In this document: positions 40,301 through 53,135 of the stretch, piece by piece
Numbering within the stretch: the first letter of the stretch is position 1
Layout: every line of letters begins with the position of its first letter
DNA from: the human T2T-CHM13v2.0 reference genome, Homo sapiens
Assembly: GCF_009914755.1 (NCBI RefSeq)
Contig: NC_060935.1
Direction: 5' to 3' (one strand)
Length of the DNA: 64,000 bases
The notes under the pieces: model-generated
Database searches by the model: none
Seen by the model: only the letters and a program-made list of their open reading frames with translations
What the model was told of the DNA's origin: nothing
Made by a program: the position numbers and the translations under genes

Positions 40301-43300
40301 ATTTTTTGAAGGGGTTTTCATGTCTGTATCTCCTTCAGTTCTGCTCTGATCCTAATTATTTCTTGCCTTCTGCTAGCTTTTGAATTTGTTTGCTCTTGCT
40401 TCTCTAGTTCTTTTAATTGTAAGTTAGGGTGTCAATTTTAGATCTTTCCTGCTTTCTCTTGTGGGCATTTTGTGCTATAAATTTCTCTCTACACACTGCT
40501 TTAAATTTGTCCCAGAGATTCTGGTATGTTGTGTCTTCGTTCTCATTGGTTTCAAAGAACATCTTTACTTCTGCCTTAATTTTGTTACCCAGTAGTCATT
40601 CTGGAACAGGTTGTTCAGTTTCCATGTAGTTGTGTAGTTTTGAGTGAGTTTCTTAATCCTGAGTTCTAATTTGATTGCACTGTGGTTTGAGAGACTGTTA
40701 TGATTTCCATTCTTTCACATTTGCTTAGGAGTGTTTTACTTCCAATTATGCTGCCAATTTTAGAATAAGTGCAATGAGGTGCTCAGAAGAAGGTATGTTC
40801 TGTTGATTTGGGGTGGAGACTTCTGTAGATGTATATTAGGTCCGCTTGGTCCAGAGCTGAGTTCAAGTCCTGGATATCCTTGTTAATTTTCGGTTTTGTT
40901 GATCTGTCTAACATTGACAGTGGGGTGTTAAAGTCACCCACTATTATTTTGTGGTAGTCCAAGTCTGTTTGTAGGTCTCTAAGAACTTTCTTTATGAATC
41001 TGGGTGCTCCTGTATTGGGTGCATATATATTTAGGATAGATAGCTCTTCTTGATACATTGATACCTTTACCATTATGTAATGCCTTTCTTTGTCTCTTTT
41101 GTTCTTTGTTGGTTTAAAGTCTGTTTTATCAGAGACTAGGATTGCAACCCCTGCTTTTTTTTGTTCACTTTCGATTTGCTTGATAAATCTTCCTCCATCC
41201 ATTTATTTTGAGCCTATGTGTGTCTTTGCATGTGAGATGGGTTTCCTGAATATAGCACACTGACGGGTCTTGACTCTTTATCCAATTTACCAGTCTGTGT
41301 CTTTTAATCAGGGCATTTAGCCCTTTTACATTTAAGGTTAATATTGTTATATGTGAATTTGATCCTGTCATTATGATGCTGGCTGGTTACTTTGCCTGTT
41401 AGTTGATGCAGTTTCCTCATAGCGTTGATGGTCTTTACAATTTGGTATGTTTTTGCTGTGGCTGGTACTGGTTGTTCCTTTCCATGTTTCGTGCTTCCTT
41501 CAGGAGCTCTTCTAAAGCAGGCCTGGTGGTAAGAAAATGTCTCAGCATTTTCTTCTCTGTAAAATACTTTATTTTGCTTATGAAGCTTAGTTTGGCTGGA
41601 TAAGGAATTCTGGGTTGAAAATTCTTTTCTTTAAGAATATTGAATATCGGCTCCCATTCTCTTCTGTCTTGTAGAGTTTCTGCTAAGAGATATGCTGTTA
41701 GCCTGAGGGGCTTCCCTTTGTGGGTGACCCAGCTTTTCTCTCTGGCTGCCCTTAACATTTTTTCCTTCATTTCAACCTTGGTGAATCTGATGATTATGTG
41801 TCTTGGGGTTGCTTTTCTCAAGGAGTATCTTTGTGGCGTTATCTGTATTTCCTGAATTTGAATGTTGGCCTGCCTTGCTAGGGTTGGGGTGTTTCTCCTG
41901 GATAATGTGCTGAAGAGTGTTTTCCAGCTTGGTTCCATTCTTCCTGTCACTTTCCGGTACACCAAACAAACATAGATTTTGTCTTTTCACATAGTCCCAT
42001 ATTTCTTGGAGACTTTGTTCATTTGTTTTCACTCTTTTTCCTCTAATCTTGTCTTCTCGCTTCACTTCATTGAGTTGATCTTCAATCTGTGATATTCTGT
42101 CTTCTGCTTGATTGATTCAGCTATTGATACTTGTGTATGCTTCATGAAGTTCTCGTGCTGTGTTTCTTGGCTCCATCAGGTCAATTGTGTTCTTCTCTAA
42201 ACTGGTTATTCTAGTTAGCAATTCATCTAGCTTTTTTTCAAAGTTCTTAGCTTCCTTGCATTGGGTTAGAACATGCTCCTTTAGCTTGGTGGACTTTGTT
42301 ATTACCCACCTTCTGAAGTCCACTTATGTCAATTTGTCAAAATCCTTCTCTGTTCAATTTTGTTCCCTTGCTGGCGAGGAGTTGTGATCCCTTGGAGAAG
42401 AGGTGTTCTGGTTTTTGGAATTTTCAGCCTTTTTGTGCTCGTTTCTCCCCTTCCTCATGGATTTATCTACCTTTGGTCTTTGATATTGGTGATGTTCGGA
42501 TGGGGTTTTGGTGTGGACGTCCTTTTTGTTGATGTTGATATGATTCCTTTCTGTTCGTTAGTTTTCCTTCTAATAGTCAGGCCCTTCTGCTGCAGGTCTG
42601 CTGGAGTTTGCTGGAGGTCCACTCCAGACCCTGTTTGCCTGAGTATCACCAGCGGAGGCTGCAGAACAGCAAAGATTGCTGCCTGTTTCTTCCTCTGGAA
42701 GCTTTGTCCCAGAGGGCCACCCACCAGATGCCAGTCAGAGCTCTCCTGTATGATGTGTCTGTCAGTCTCTACTGGGAGTTGTCTCCCAGTCAGTTTACAT
42801 GGCGTTCAGGGACCCACTTGAGGAGGCATTCTGTCCCTTAGCAGAGCTCTAACACTGTGCTGGGACATCTGCTGCTCTCTTCAGAGCCATCAGCCAGGGA
42901 CGTTTAAGTCTGCTGAAGCTGTGCCCCCAACCGCCCCTTTCCCCAGGTGCTTTGTCCCAGGGAGATGGGGGTTTTGTCTATGAGTCCCTGACTGGGGCTG
43001 CTGCCTTTTTTTCAGAGATGCCCTGCCCAGAAAGGAGGAATCTAGAGAGGCAGTCTGGCCACAGAGCCCTTGCTCAGCTGCAGTGGGCTCCACCCAGTTC
43101 ATACTTCCAGGTGCGTTTGTTTATACTGTGAGGGTAAAACCTCCTACTCAAGCCTCAGCAATGGTGGACTCTCCTTCACCCACAGAGCTTGAGCTTCCCA
43201 GGTCGACCTCAGACTTCTGTGCTAACAGCAGGAATTTCAAGCTAGTGGAACTTAGCTTGCTGGCCTCCATGGGGGTGGGACCCGCCAAGCCAGAGCACTT

Positions 43301-43988
43301 GGCTCCCTGGCTTCAGTCCCCCTTCCAGGGGAGTGAACAGTTCTGTCTCGCTGGTGTTCCAGGTGCCACTGGGATAGGAAGGAAGGAAGGAAGGAAGGAA
43401 GGAAGGAAGGAAGGAAGGAAGGAAGGAAGGAAGGAAGGAAGGAAGGAAGGAAGGAAGGAAGGAAGGAAGGAAGGAAGGAAGGAAGGAAGGAAGGAAGGAA
43501 GGAAGGAAGGAAGGAAGGAAGGAAGGAAGGAAGGAAGGAAGGAAGGAAGGAAGGAAGGAAGGAAGGAAGGAAGGAAGGAAGGAATCCTGCAACTAGCTCA
43601 GTGTCTGCCCAAACTGCCACCCAGCTTTCTGCTTGAAACCCAGGGCCCTGGTGGCATAGGCAATGGAGGGAATCTCCTGGTCTGCGGGTTATGAAGACCA
43701 TGGGAAAAGTGTAGTATCTGGGCCACAGTACACCATTCCTCCTGGTACAGTCTCACAGTTTCCCTTGGCTGGGAAAGGGAGATCCCCTGACCCCTTGTGC
43801 TTCCTGTGTGAGGTGACTCCCCACCCTGCTTCGGCTTGCCCTCCGTGGGCTGCACCCACTCTCCAACAGTTCCAATGAGACGAATCAGGTATCTCAGTTG
43901 GAAATGCAGAAATCAGCTGCCTTCTACATCCATCTCGCTGGTTGCTGCAGACAGGAACTGTTCCTATTCATCCATCTTGCCAGTCCAA
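37356..43988 (-). mobile_element. Full-length L1PA7-like element; ORF1 and ORF2 disrupted
   Basis: 5' end (rc) ggcaagatggatgaataggaacag…gcagcaaccagcgagatgg; ORF1 fragments 41435-42465; ORF2 from MTGSNSHITILTLNV (41371) through RT (FADD) to the C-terminal zinc region in several frames; 3' ttatactttaagttctgg; 15-bp TSD tctcttctgtttctt at 37341-37355 and 43989-44003. Confidence 0.95.
43377..43584 (+). repeat. (GGAA)52 uninterrupted microsatellite in the L1 5'UTR
   Basis: 208 bp of perfect GGAA counted directly from the sequence. Confidence 0.98.
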
Positions 43989-44003
43989 TCTCTTCTGTTT
44001 CTT

Positions 44004-44190
44004 CTTTCTTTTTTTTTTTCTTTTTTTTTGCAGTTGCAAGATTTAATAGAGTGAAATCAGAGCTCCCATACAAAGGGAGGGGAACCAGAGGGTAGCTGTT
44101 GCTGGCTCGAATCCCTGGGTTTATATCCCGATCATTGTCCATCCTGCTGTGCTCTCAGGTGATAGGTGATTGGCTGTTCCTTTACCTCCT
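44004..44190 (-). mobile_element. HERV-W (LTR17) U3-R fragment with poly(A): 5'-truncated, L1-mobilised processed copy
   Basis: Reverse complement reads aggaggtaaaggaacagccaatcacctatcacctgagagcacagc…gatcgggatataaacccaggg…ctctattaaatcttgcaactgc + poly(A). It stops at the R end; no U5. Confidence 0.85.
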
Positions 44191-44988
44191 ATGAATTCTC
44201 TGTGTCAGTGAAACCAATTCATACATATCTATCTCCACACTTTCACTAATTCCTTTCTTTCTTCTTGGAATATCTTCTTTTATTACTTTTTGTGTTTTTT
44301 ACTTTCATATGTATTTTCTGACTGCTTCTACTGATAAAAATCTCTCCTTTTTCTGAATTTTTTTCTCTACTTTCTGGGCTAATCACTTGATACTATATAT
44401 TATTTCTATCATTTACTTTAAAGTGTATAAGTTGAACCCCAAACTTAATTGCTAATAATTTGAAAACTTTATTGTAGTTCCAGCATCTAGGAGAGTATCT
44501 AGTAAGTTAATTGTAATTTTTTGTAACTGACTATAGGGCCAGCATTAGAATAGTATGTAATAATAAATATAACTCAAAAAAAGTTATGTTAATGATGATG
44601 GGTAATATTTTGAGGACAGAAGTTGGGCAAAATAAACAGAAAATTTTGAGGAAAGCATGTAGCATATCTTTAAGGATGAGGATAACTGAATTCACTTGAG
44701 ATTCCTAATGGTTGATGAGGATACCTAGCAGTATATCAGCTTTAGCTGAATTGTTCCCTGATGCACATGAAGATGAGGGAAGAACATTTCAATGGATAGA
44801 ATGGCATGACCAAAGGTTCAGAGTGTGGAAATATATGTGTACAGAAGATTTACTAATTTAATAATAGAGGAAATTGCTCACACCATGTGGGGAACATTAG
44901 ATGACTATTTCTTTAGTAGGGAAAAAGTAAAACTGTGCTTATGTGAAAAAAAAATGTTTTGTAGGAGCTGTTTTAAAAGATTTTTTCT

Positions 44989-45293
<305 letters not shown>

Positions 45294-45341
45294 TCACTAC
45301 CAACCTTCCTTTTTGAAGAGGTTTAAAAAATTGATCAACAG

Positions 45342-45848
45342 CTCTTTTAGGCTCCATGGGTGTAGGACCCTCTGAGTCATGTACGGGATATAATCTCCTG
45401 GTGTGCCGTTTGCTAAGACCATTGGAAAAGCGCAGTATTAGGGTGAGAGTGACCCGATTTTCCAGGTGCCGTCTGTCACCCCTTTCTTTGACTACACCAT
45501 GGAATACTATGCAGCCATAAAAATGATGAGTTCATGTCCTTTCTAGGGACATGGATGAAGCTGGAAACCATCATTCTCACCAAACTATCACAAGGACAAA
45601 AAACCAAACACCGCATGTTCTCACTCATAGGTGGGAATTGAACAATGAGAACACATGGACACAGGAAGGGGAACGTCACACACTGGGGCCTGTTGTGGGG
45701 TGGGGGGAGGAGGGAAGGATAGCATTAGGAGATATACCTGATGTTAAATGATGAGTTAATGGGTGCAGCACACCAACATGGCACATGTATACATATGTAA
45801 CTAACCTGCACGTTGTGCACATGTACCCTAAAACTTAAAGTACAATGA
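45342..45848. mobile_element. 5'-inverted L1PA3/4-like insertion: inverted 5'UTR piece (45349-45494) plus sense 3' end (45493-45848)
   Basis: 17-bp TSD aaaaaattgatcaacag at 45325-45341 and 45849-45865; TT/AAAA site; TA microhomology at the junction. Confidence 0.9.
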
Positions 45849-47783
45849 AAAAAATTGATCAACAGAAGAATAGAATTAGAGTATTTGACAGTATTTAGCA
45901 AAGCAAGTAAATAAAACTACACAAACTGAAGAACAACAGGAACCAACTGTTCACATCTTTTGCCTGAATAGATTGATAAACTATTTCTTGATACATTTGT
46001 ATTATAAATATTGTCACTTTATGCATCTAACTCAAAAAAATACCCCTATAATTTGAAATTTTTTTTTCTTTCCTGGGATGTTGGTTTCTGATCCACGTTG
46101 AACTAGAGAAGATTTAAAGAAGTGAAAATTTATGGAATTCAATACTTATAATAACAAATTCTTAAATTTGGGAATGAAAAGAGAGTCTATAGAGTAAATA
46201 ATTGTGAAAGATTATTTTCGGTTTAACAGAAGTCGAGCACACAAAACAATACAAACTGGTTTCTTAATAATAAACTAATATCTTACTCTACTTTTAGAGG
46301 AAATTTGATACTCTCCATTTCTTGCCTCCCGTAACATAATTTATTACATATCCTTTACATGTTATCATGTTAATGAGAGATGCTTGAGTATTAAGCTACA
46401 CACTAAATAACTTGGTTGTGTTTTTAATTGCTTTCTCAGTTTTGTGTTTTTATTTTGATTTGCCTTGATTTTGACTCCACTTACTTAAAATCACTCATTA
46501 GACTTTTGTTGCAGAACCTATTAAGTAATGAATGAGTGAATTATAGAAGGTAGGCAAGTAGGTTATTTTATTTTGTTTTTTAAGTGTGAGCTTGGAGGGT
46601 TCCAAGGCATTCAAATATTTATGCTGGCTTCTTTTCCACAGGCATAAAGTAGCTAAGATAGTTACCAATAAAAGCATTCACATCTTCTTAATATCTCTCC
46701 ACTTTTATCTGTGGTTACCAATGAAACTATAATTTAGTTATTTTTATCAGTATCCTCTTTAATTTCTCATACTGTGGTCATAATCAAGGTTAAAACTGAA
46801 GAGGACAAAGCAGAGGAGCAAGGTACATGCACCCATAACAGTCTTTTTCCCAAAGTCAGCATGTTTTCCTTAGTGACCTGGTGACCTTTCTAATTTTTCA
46901 TATTGGAGCACAAAATAGTATTGTTATAACATCGTTTATGTCTATATGGCACTATCATTGTATCTTTGACTGAAGATTTATGAAATCAAATCATCACATC
47001 CAAGCCGCTGGAATGGTGACAAAGTAATAGGTCGTTGGGACAATCTAAGACTTCCGTGGCAGACAAATTAAGTCTTCTGTTGTCACCTGCCTCTAAGTGT
47101 AAGTAAGGATGCTGGAAGGTAGGAAAAGGGCATAATTTCACCTTTTGACACAAACTCTCATTGCTAGCTGAGTAACATATTTTCTTTGAGTTGATTTTAG
47201 GAACTCTGGAAAGCACTGGAGACGTACATTACATTTTTTAGTGGTCTAGCTGATAGTACTATGGTCTGAAAGGTTGAATGCATTGAATGCCCATTTGAAA
47301 GGAACTAATGGTCCTAGAAAGATGGATCACTGTTTCTGGCTGAAATTACATTTTAATAGAATTTCAACAAAACAACATACATTTTAATAAGTTTCACAAA
47401 ATGGCAACATTTTCAACATGCAAAAGAAATAGCGAGAATGGTGATAGTATTTAACTCAGCATATGTAACATGGAAGTTCTGGAATATTGTGACAAGGTAC
47501 AGAATGTACAAGTGGTTACTGTCTTTACTATTATAGTAATAATGGAGGTGGTTTAATGATTTATAGTTAAGAGTCTTGGAAACATGGGATCTACACTATA
47601 AAAAAGGTTATTCTATTCTTGGGGTGATAGTGGTAGGGAAGAAGGTAGGAAACAGACCATGAAGTAGGAGAGAGATGAATTGTGTATGTATTATCATGGA
47701 ACACAGACTTTTGGTCTGAGAGCAATGCTTAATATATTCTATTCCCTCTGTGTTATCCCACTTATCTCTACATATGTCTAGAT

Positions 47784-49373
47784 TAGGAGTTGGCAAGCAT
47801 TTTTTAGGAAGGAACAGTTAGTAAACCTTTTAGGCTTTCTGGGTCAAATAGTCTCTGTTTTAATTATTTAACTCTGCCACTGTAGCCATAGACAATATGT
47901 AATCAAATGCATATGGCTGTCTTTCAACATGACTTTACTTTTTTTTTTTTTTTTACTATACAGCTTTTATTTTATTTATTTATTTTTTACTTCTTTTTTA
48001 ATTTTATTATTATACTTTAAGTTTTAGGGTACATGTGCACAACGTGCAGGTTTGTTACATATGTATACTATTGTCATGTTGGTGTGCTGCACCCATTAAC
48101 TCATCATGTAGCATTAGGTATATCTCCTAATGCTATCCCTCCCCCCTACTCCCACCCCACAACAGTCCCCGGTGTGTGATGTTCCCCTTCCTGTGTCCAT
48201 GTGTTCTCATTGTTCAATTCCCATCTATGAGTGAGAACATGTGGTGTTTGGTTTTTTGTCCTTGTGATAGTTTGCTGAGAATGATAGTTTCCAGTTTCAT
48301 CCATGTCCCTAGAAAGGACATGAACTCATCATTTTTTATGGCTGCATAGTATTCCATGGTGTATATGTGCCACATTTTCTTAATCCAGTCTCTCGTTGTT
48401 GGACATTTAGGTTGGTTCCAAGTCTTTGCTATTGTGAATAGTGCCGCTATAAACATATGTGTGCGTGTGTCTTTATAGCAGCATGATTTATAATCCTTTG
48501 GGTATATACCCAGTAAAGGGATGGCTGGGTCAAATGGTATTTCTAGTTCTAGATCCCTGAGGAATCTCCACACTGACTTCCACAATGGTTGAACTAGTTT
48601 ACAGTCCCACCAACAGTGTAAAAGTTTTTCTGTTTGTCCACATCCTCTCCAGCACCTGTTGTTTCCTGACTTTTTAATGATCGCCATTCTAACTGGTGTG
48701 AGATGGTATCTCATTGTGGTTTTGATTTGCATTTCTCTGACGGCCGGTGATGATGAGCATTTTTTCATGTGTTTTTTGGCTGCATAAATACAGCATATCT
48801 ACAACTATCTGTTCTTTGACAAACCTGACAAAAACAAGCAATGGGGAAAGGATTCCCTATTTAATAAATGGTGCTGGGAAAACTGGCTGGCCATATGTAG
48901 AAGGCTGAAACTGGATCCCTTCCTTACACCTTATACAAAAATTAATTCAAGATGGATTAAAGACTTAAATGTTAGACCTAAAACCATAAAAACCCTAGAA
49001 GAAAACCTAGGCAATACCATTCAGAACATAGGCATGAGCAAGGACTTCATGTGTAAAACACCAAAAGCAATGGCAACAAAAGCCAAAATTGACAAATGGG
49101 ATCTAATTAAACTAAAGAGCTTCTGCACAGTAAAAGAAACTACCATCAGAGTGAACAGGCAATCTATAGAATGGGAGAAAATTTTTGCAACCTACTCATC
49201 TGACAAAGGGCTAATATCCAGAATCTACAATGAACTCAAACAAATTTGCAAGAAAAAACAAACAACACCATCAAACAGTGGGTGAAGGATATGAACAGAC
49301 ACTTCTCAAAAGAAGACTTTACTTTCAAAAGCAGGTTTGATTTGACCTGTAGGCTCTTGTTAGCTGCCCTATT
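47784..49373. mobile_element. MER58A (hAT-Charlie MITE) split by an L1
   Basis: taggagttggcaagc…taggctttctgggtcaaatagtctctg…actctgccactgtagc; 8-bp TSD gtctagat at 47776-47783 and 49374-49381. Confidence 0.8.
47942..49314. mobile_element. 5'-inverted L1PA3/4-like insertion (minus 3' part 47942-48789, plus inverted part 48790-49314)
   Basis: ORF2 C-terminal ORFs on both strands (48214-48768 minus, 49034-49285 plus); TSD gactttacttt at 47931-47941 and 49315-49325. Confidence 0.92.
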
Positions 49374-49839
49374 GTCTAGATTCCTAACAAGATCTTACCA
49401 AGTCAGATCTTGCCTGGACCATAACATTAACTTCCTATCTATGAAAAATATATTTGTATCTTCATTAATATATTCAAGAATTTTTATGTAATATCTAATG
49501 AATACCAGGCATCAATCATGTCTTGCAGATACAGTGACAAAAAAAGATGACTTTTCCTCTAGGAGTTTTTGTCTATGACACAGATGATAAATAAATAATG
49601 AAGCGAGTAAATAAGATAATGAAAAATCATTTAAAGTGTATAAAGGAATTAAATACCATGATGTAAAAGGGGGTCACAGAGGCAGGAGCACAACTATTAA
49701 TAGGGTGGTCAAGGAATGATTTCTGAAGAAAGTGACATTTAAGCCGAAACCTGAATGATGAAAAATAAGTGAGCCATATCACGAACCAGGAGAAGAACAC
49801 TTTAGGAAAGGGTTCTGTTTCTCCGAGAACCCTAACTGA

Positions 49840-52800
49840 TACATTATTCTCTTAACCAAATTTTAAGTGCATAACACAGTATTGTTAACTATAGGCATGA
49901 TGTTGTACAGCCGATTTCTGAAACTTATTAATATTTCCTAAATGAAACTCTATGCTTGTTGATGTAACTCCCCATTTCCCCTTCTCCCAGCCTCTGGAAA
50001 CCACCATTCCACTCTTTTACTGGACAAATTTGATGATTTTAGGTACTCATATAAATGGAATGATCCAGCATTTGTTCTTCCGAGACTGATTTATTTAACT
50101 TAGCATAATGTCCTTGACGTTTATCCATGTTATTGCATATTGCAGAATTTCCTTCTTTTTAAAGGCTGAATAATATCCATTACATGTATATACTACATTT
50201 TCTTTTTTTTTTTCGTCTGTTAAGGGGCACTTAGGTTGTTTCCACATCTTGCCTATTGTGAATAGTGCTGCAGTGAACATGGGAGTATAAATATATCTAT
50301 GAGATCTTGATTTCAATTCTTTTGGATAAATACCCTGAAGTGGGATTGCAGATCATATGGTGATTCTATTTTTAATTTTTGAGAAAACTCCATAATGTTT
50401 TCCATAATGGCTGCATAAGTTTGTGTTTCCATCAACAGTTTACAAGGGTTGTTATTTCTCTACATCCTCACCAACATTGATAATAGACATTCTGACAGGT
50501 ATCAGATGATACCTCATTGTGGTTTATATTTGCATTTCTCTGATGATTAATGACATTGAGCATCTTTTCATATAGCTGTTGGCCATTTGTATGTCTTTTT
50601 GGAAGAAATTTCTATTCAAGTCTTAAGCCCGTTTTAAAATCAAGTTATTAGTCTTTCTGCTATTGAGTTGTAGAAATTACTTACACATTTCAGATATTAA
50701 CCATTCATCAGATACATAGTTTGCAAATATTTTCTCCTATTTCATAGATTGCCTTTTCATTCTGTTAAATATTTCTTTTGATGTGCAGAAGATGTTAGTT
50801 CAATGTAGTCCCACTTGTCTATTTTTGCCTGTGATTTTGGTGCCATGTCCATGAAATCATTGCCAAGATTAATTTCATGAAGGCTTTCCCCTATATTATC
50901 ATCTAAGAATTTATGGTTTCAGATCTTATGTGTGGCTTTTTAAACCATTGTGAGTTGCTTTTGTGTATGGCATAAGATATTGTTCAAATTTCATTCTTTT
51001 ATATGTGAATATCCAGTTTTCCCAATATTATTTGTTGAAGAAACTACCTTTTCCCCATTGTGTATGCTTGGCAGTATTGTTGAAGACTGTGTATTTATGG
51101 ATTTATTTTTGAGTTCTGTACTCTCTTCCATTTGCCTTAGATAACTGTCTTTATGCTAGCACCATACTGTTTTACTTACTGTAGCATTGTAATACATTTT
51201 GAGATCATGAAGTGTGATGCTCCAGCCTCGCTCTTCTTTCTCAAGATTGATTTGACTATTTTGGGGTCTTCTGTGTTTCCTTATGAAATTTAGAGTGTTT
51301 TTTTTTCCGTTTCTGTAAAAATACTATTGGGATTTTTGATGAAAATTATATTGAATCTGTAGATTACTTTGGATTATATGAACATTTTAACAAAATTAAT
51401 TCTTCCAATCTGTGAACACAAAATATCTTTTCATTTCTTTGTGTCTTCTTTAATGTTGTTCATCAGTGTTTTGTAGCTTTCAGTGTATAAGTCTTTCATC
51501 ACCTTAGTTAAGTTTATTCCTATTTTATTCTTTTTGATGCTATTGTAAATGGAATTGCTTTCTGAATTTTCAGATAATTTATTTTTACTCTATAGATATA
51601 TAATTAATTTTTATATATTTATTTTTTAAAAAAATTAATAGAGATGGGGTCGCTATATATTTCCCAGGCTAGACTTAAACTCCTGGGATCAAGCCATCCT
51701 TCACACTCAGCCTCCTAAGTAGCTGGGACTACAATATATGTTGATTTTGTATCCTTCAGCTTTACTAAATTTGTTTATTAGTTCTCACAGTTTTTTGGTC
51801 GAGTCTTTAGGGTTTTCTAGATGTAAGATTATGTCATTAGCAAAGGGGGACCATTTTACTTCTTCTTTTCTGATTTGGATGCCTTTTGTCTCTTTTTCTT
51901 GCCCAATTGCAGGAAAGTCTACCTAAGACATCTAGTACTATGTTAAATAGAAGTAACAAGAGAGGGCATTCTTGCTTTGTTCCTGATCGTAGAGCTTAAA
52001 ACAATTTTCAGATTTTTTGCTGTTAACTGTGATGATAGCTGTGGATTCTTTATATATGGTCATTATTACGTTGAAATAATTTTATTCTATTTCTAGTTTG
52101 TTGAGAGCTTTTACCATGGAAAGGTACTAAATTTTGCAAAATGCTTTTTCTGCATCTGTTGAAATTATCATATGATTTTCATTTTTTCTTCTGTTAATTT
52201 AGAATATCACATTACTTGATTTTCATATGTTGAACCATCCATGTATCTCAGGGACAAATCCTTCATGGTCATGGTATATGACCTTTTAATATGCTGTTGA
52301 ATTCAATTTGTTAGTATTTTAAAACAATTTTCTTCTCTATATTGATTAGAGATATTTGCCTGTAGTTTTCTTTTTTTGAGGTGTTTTTGTCTGGCTTTGA
52401 TATCAGGGTAATGCTGGCCTCATAAAATGAGTTCAGAAGTGTTTCCCCCTCTTCAAGTTTTTGGAAGACAGGCAATAGTGACTGCCAACCCAAACCTCCA
52501 TCTCTGTTTTCACTCTTCCCCCTACAGCTACATTTTGCCAGGTCAGTGCGCTGAGACTGGCAAAACAGAAACCAGTCCACTGTGAAGTCTTTGAAGGAAA
52601 GTTGGGATGCTGGATGCATGGACCAACTCTTTTCCTCCTCAGGGAGTAGCTGGGAGCTGGAATTTTCCCTCTGCTCATGCCATTCTGAGCTGAGGGGCAA
52701 AGCTATGGCAACTATGCCCCACACTGCTGTTTTTGTTCTCCCCCATTTGGCTAGATTATGCTCGTCCCATCAGGGCTCCTAGATTGGCAAGACAGAACCC

Positions 52801-53135
52801 AGTCCTCTGGGATGCTTCTATGGAAAAGTTGGGGCACTTATGTGTGAACCAATTCTTTTCCTTACCTGAGAGAAGTTAGGATCTGGGGGAGGGTGCCAGT
52901 GGTCTCTTTCCAATCAATCTTATGGCCCTATGTCAGGTGTGAGAATTTTGGTGGGAGGGTGTTCTGAATCTTCCTACTAGCTTCCATGAGTCTGGTTTTG
53001 TGTTTGCCCAGGGTACAAGAGCCTTTCAATTAGTTTCTCACAAAGGGTATCTGTCTGTGAATTGTTGCTGAATTGTTGTGTTCATAGGGGAAAAGATAGT
53101 CTAGAGCTTTCTACTTTGTCATCTTGCTGATATTA
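49840..53135 (-). mobile_element. L1MA/L1MB-type element, internally deleted, with Alu monomer at about 51620-51735
   Basis: Minus ORFs with TPMFTAALFTIGKMWKQPKCP and EEGETLLNSFYEASITLISKPDK. Confidence 0.8.

Noticed and set aside
37557-42532. Endonuclease/RT/zinc-knuckle ORFs as a novel RT system or an active L1
   Set aside because: Ordinary L1 ORF1/ORF2 broken by many stops and frameshifts.
43083-43701. ORFs with (GRKE)n and (LPSF)n repeats
   Set aside because: Translations of the (GGAA)52 microsatellite in an L1 5'UTR; no sign of a gene.
45493-45520. Inverted L1 at 45.3 kb explained by a spliced L1 RNA
   Set aside because: The 3' segment starts about 20 nt upstream of the tactatgcag acceptor-like site, and the 5'UTR piece is inverted rather than spliced in sense.
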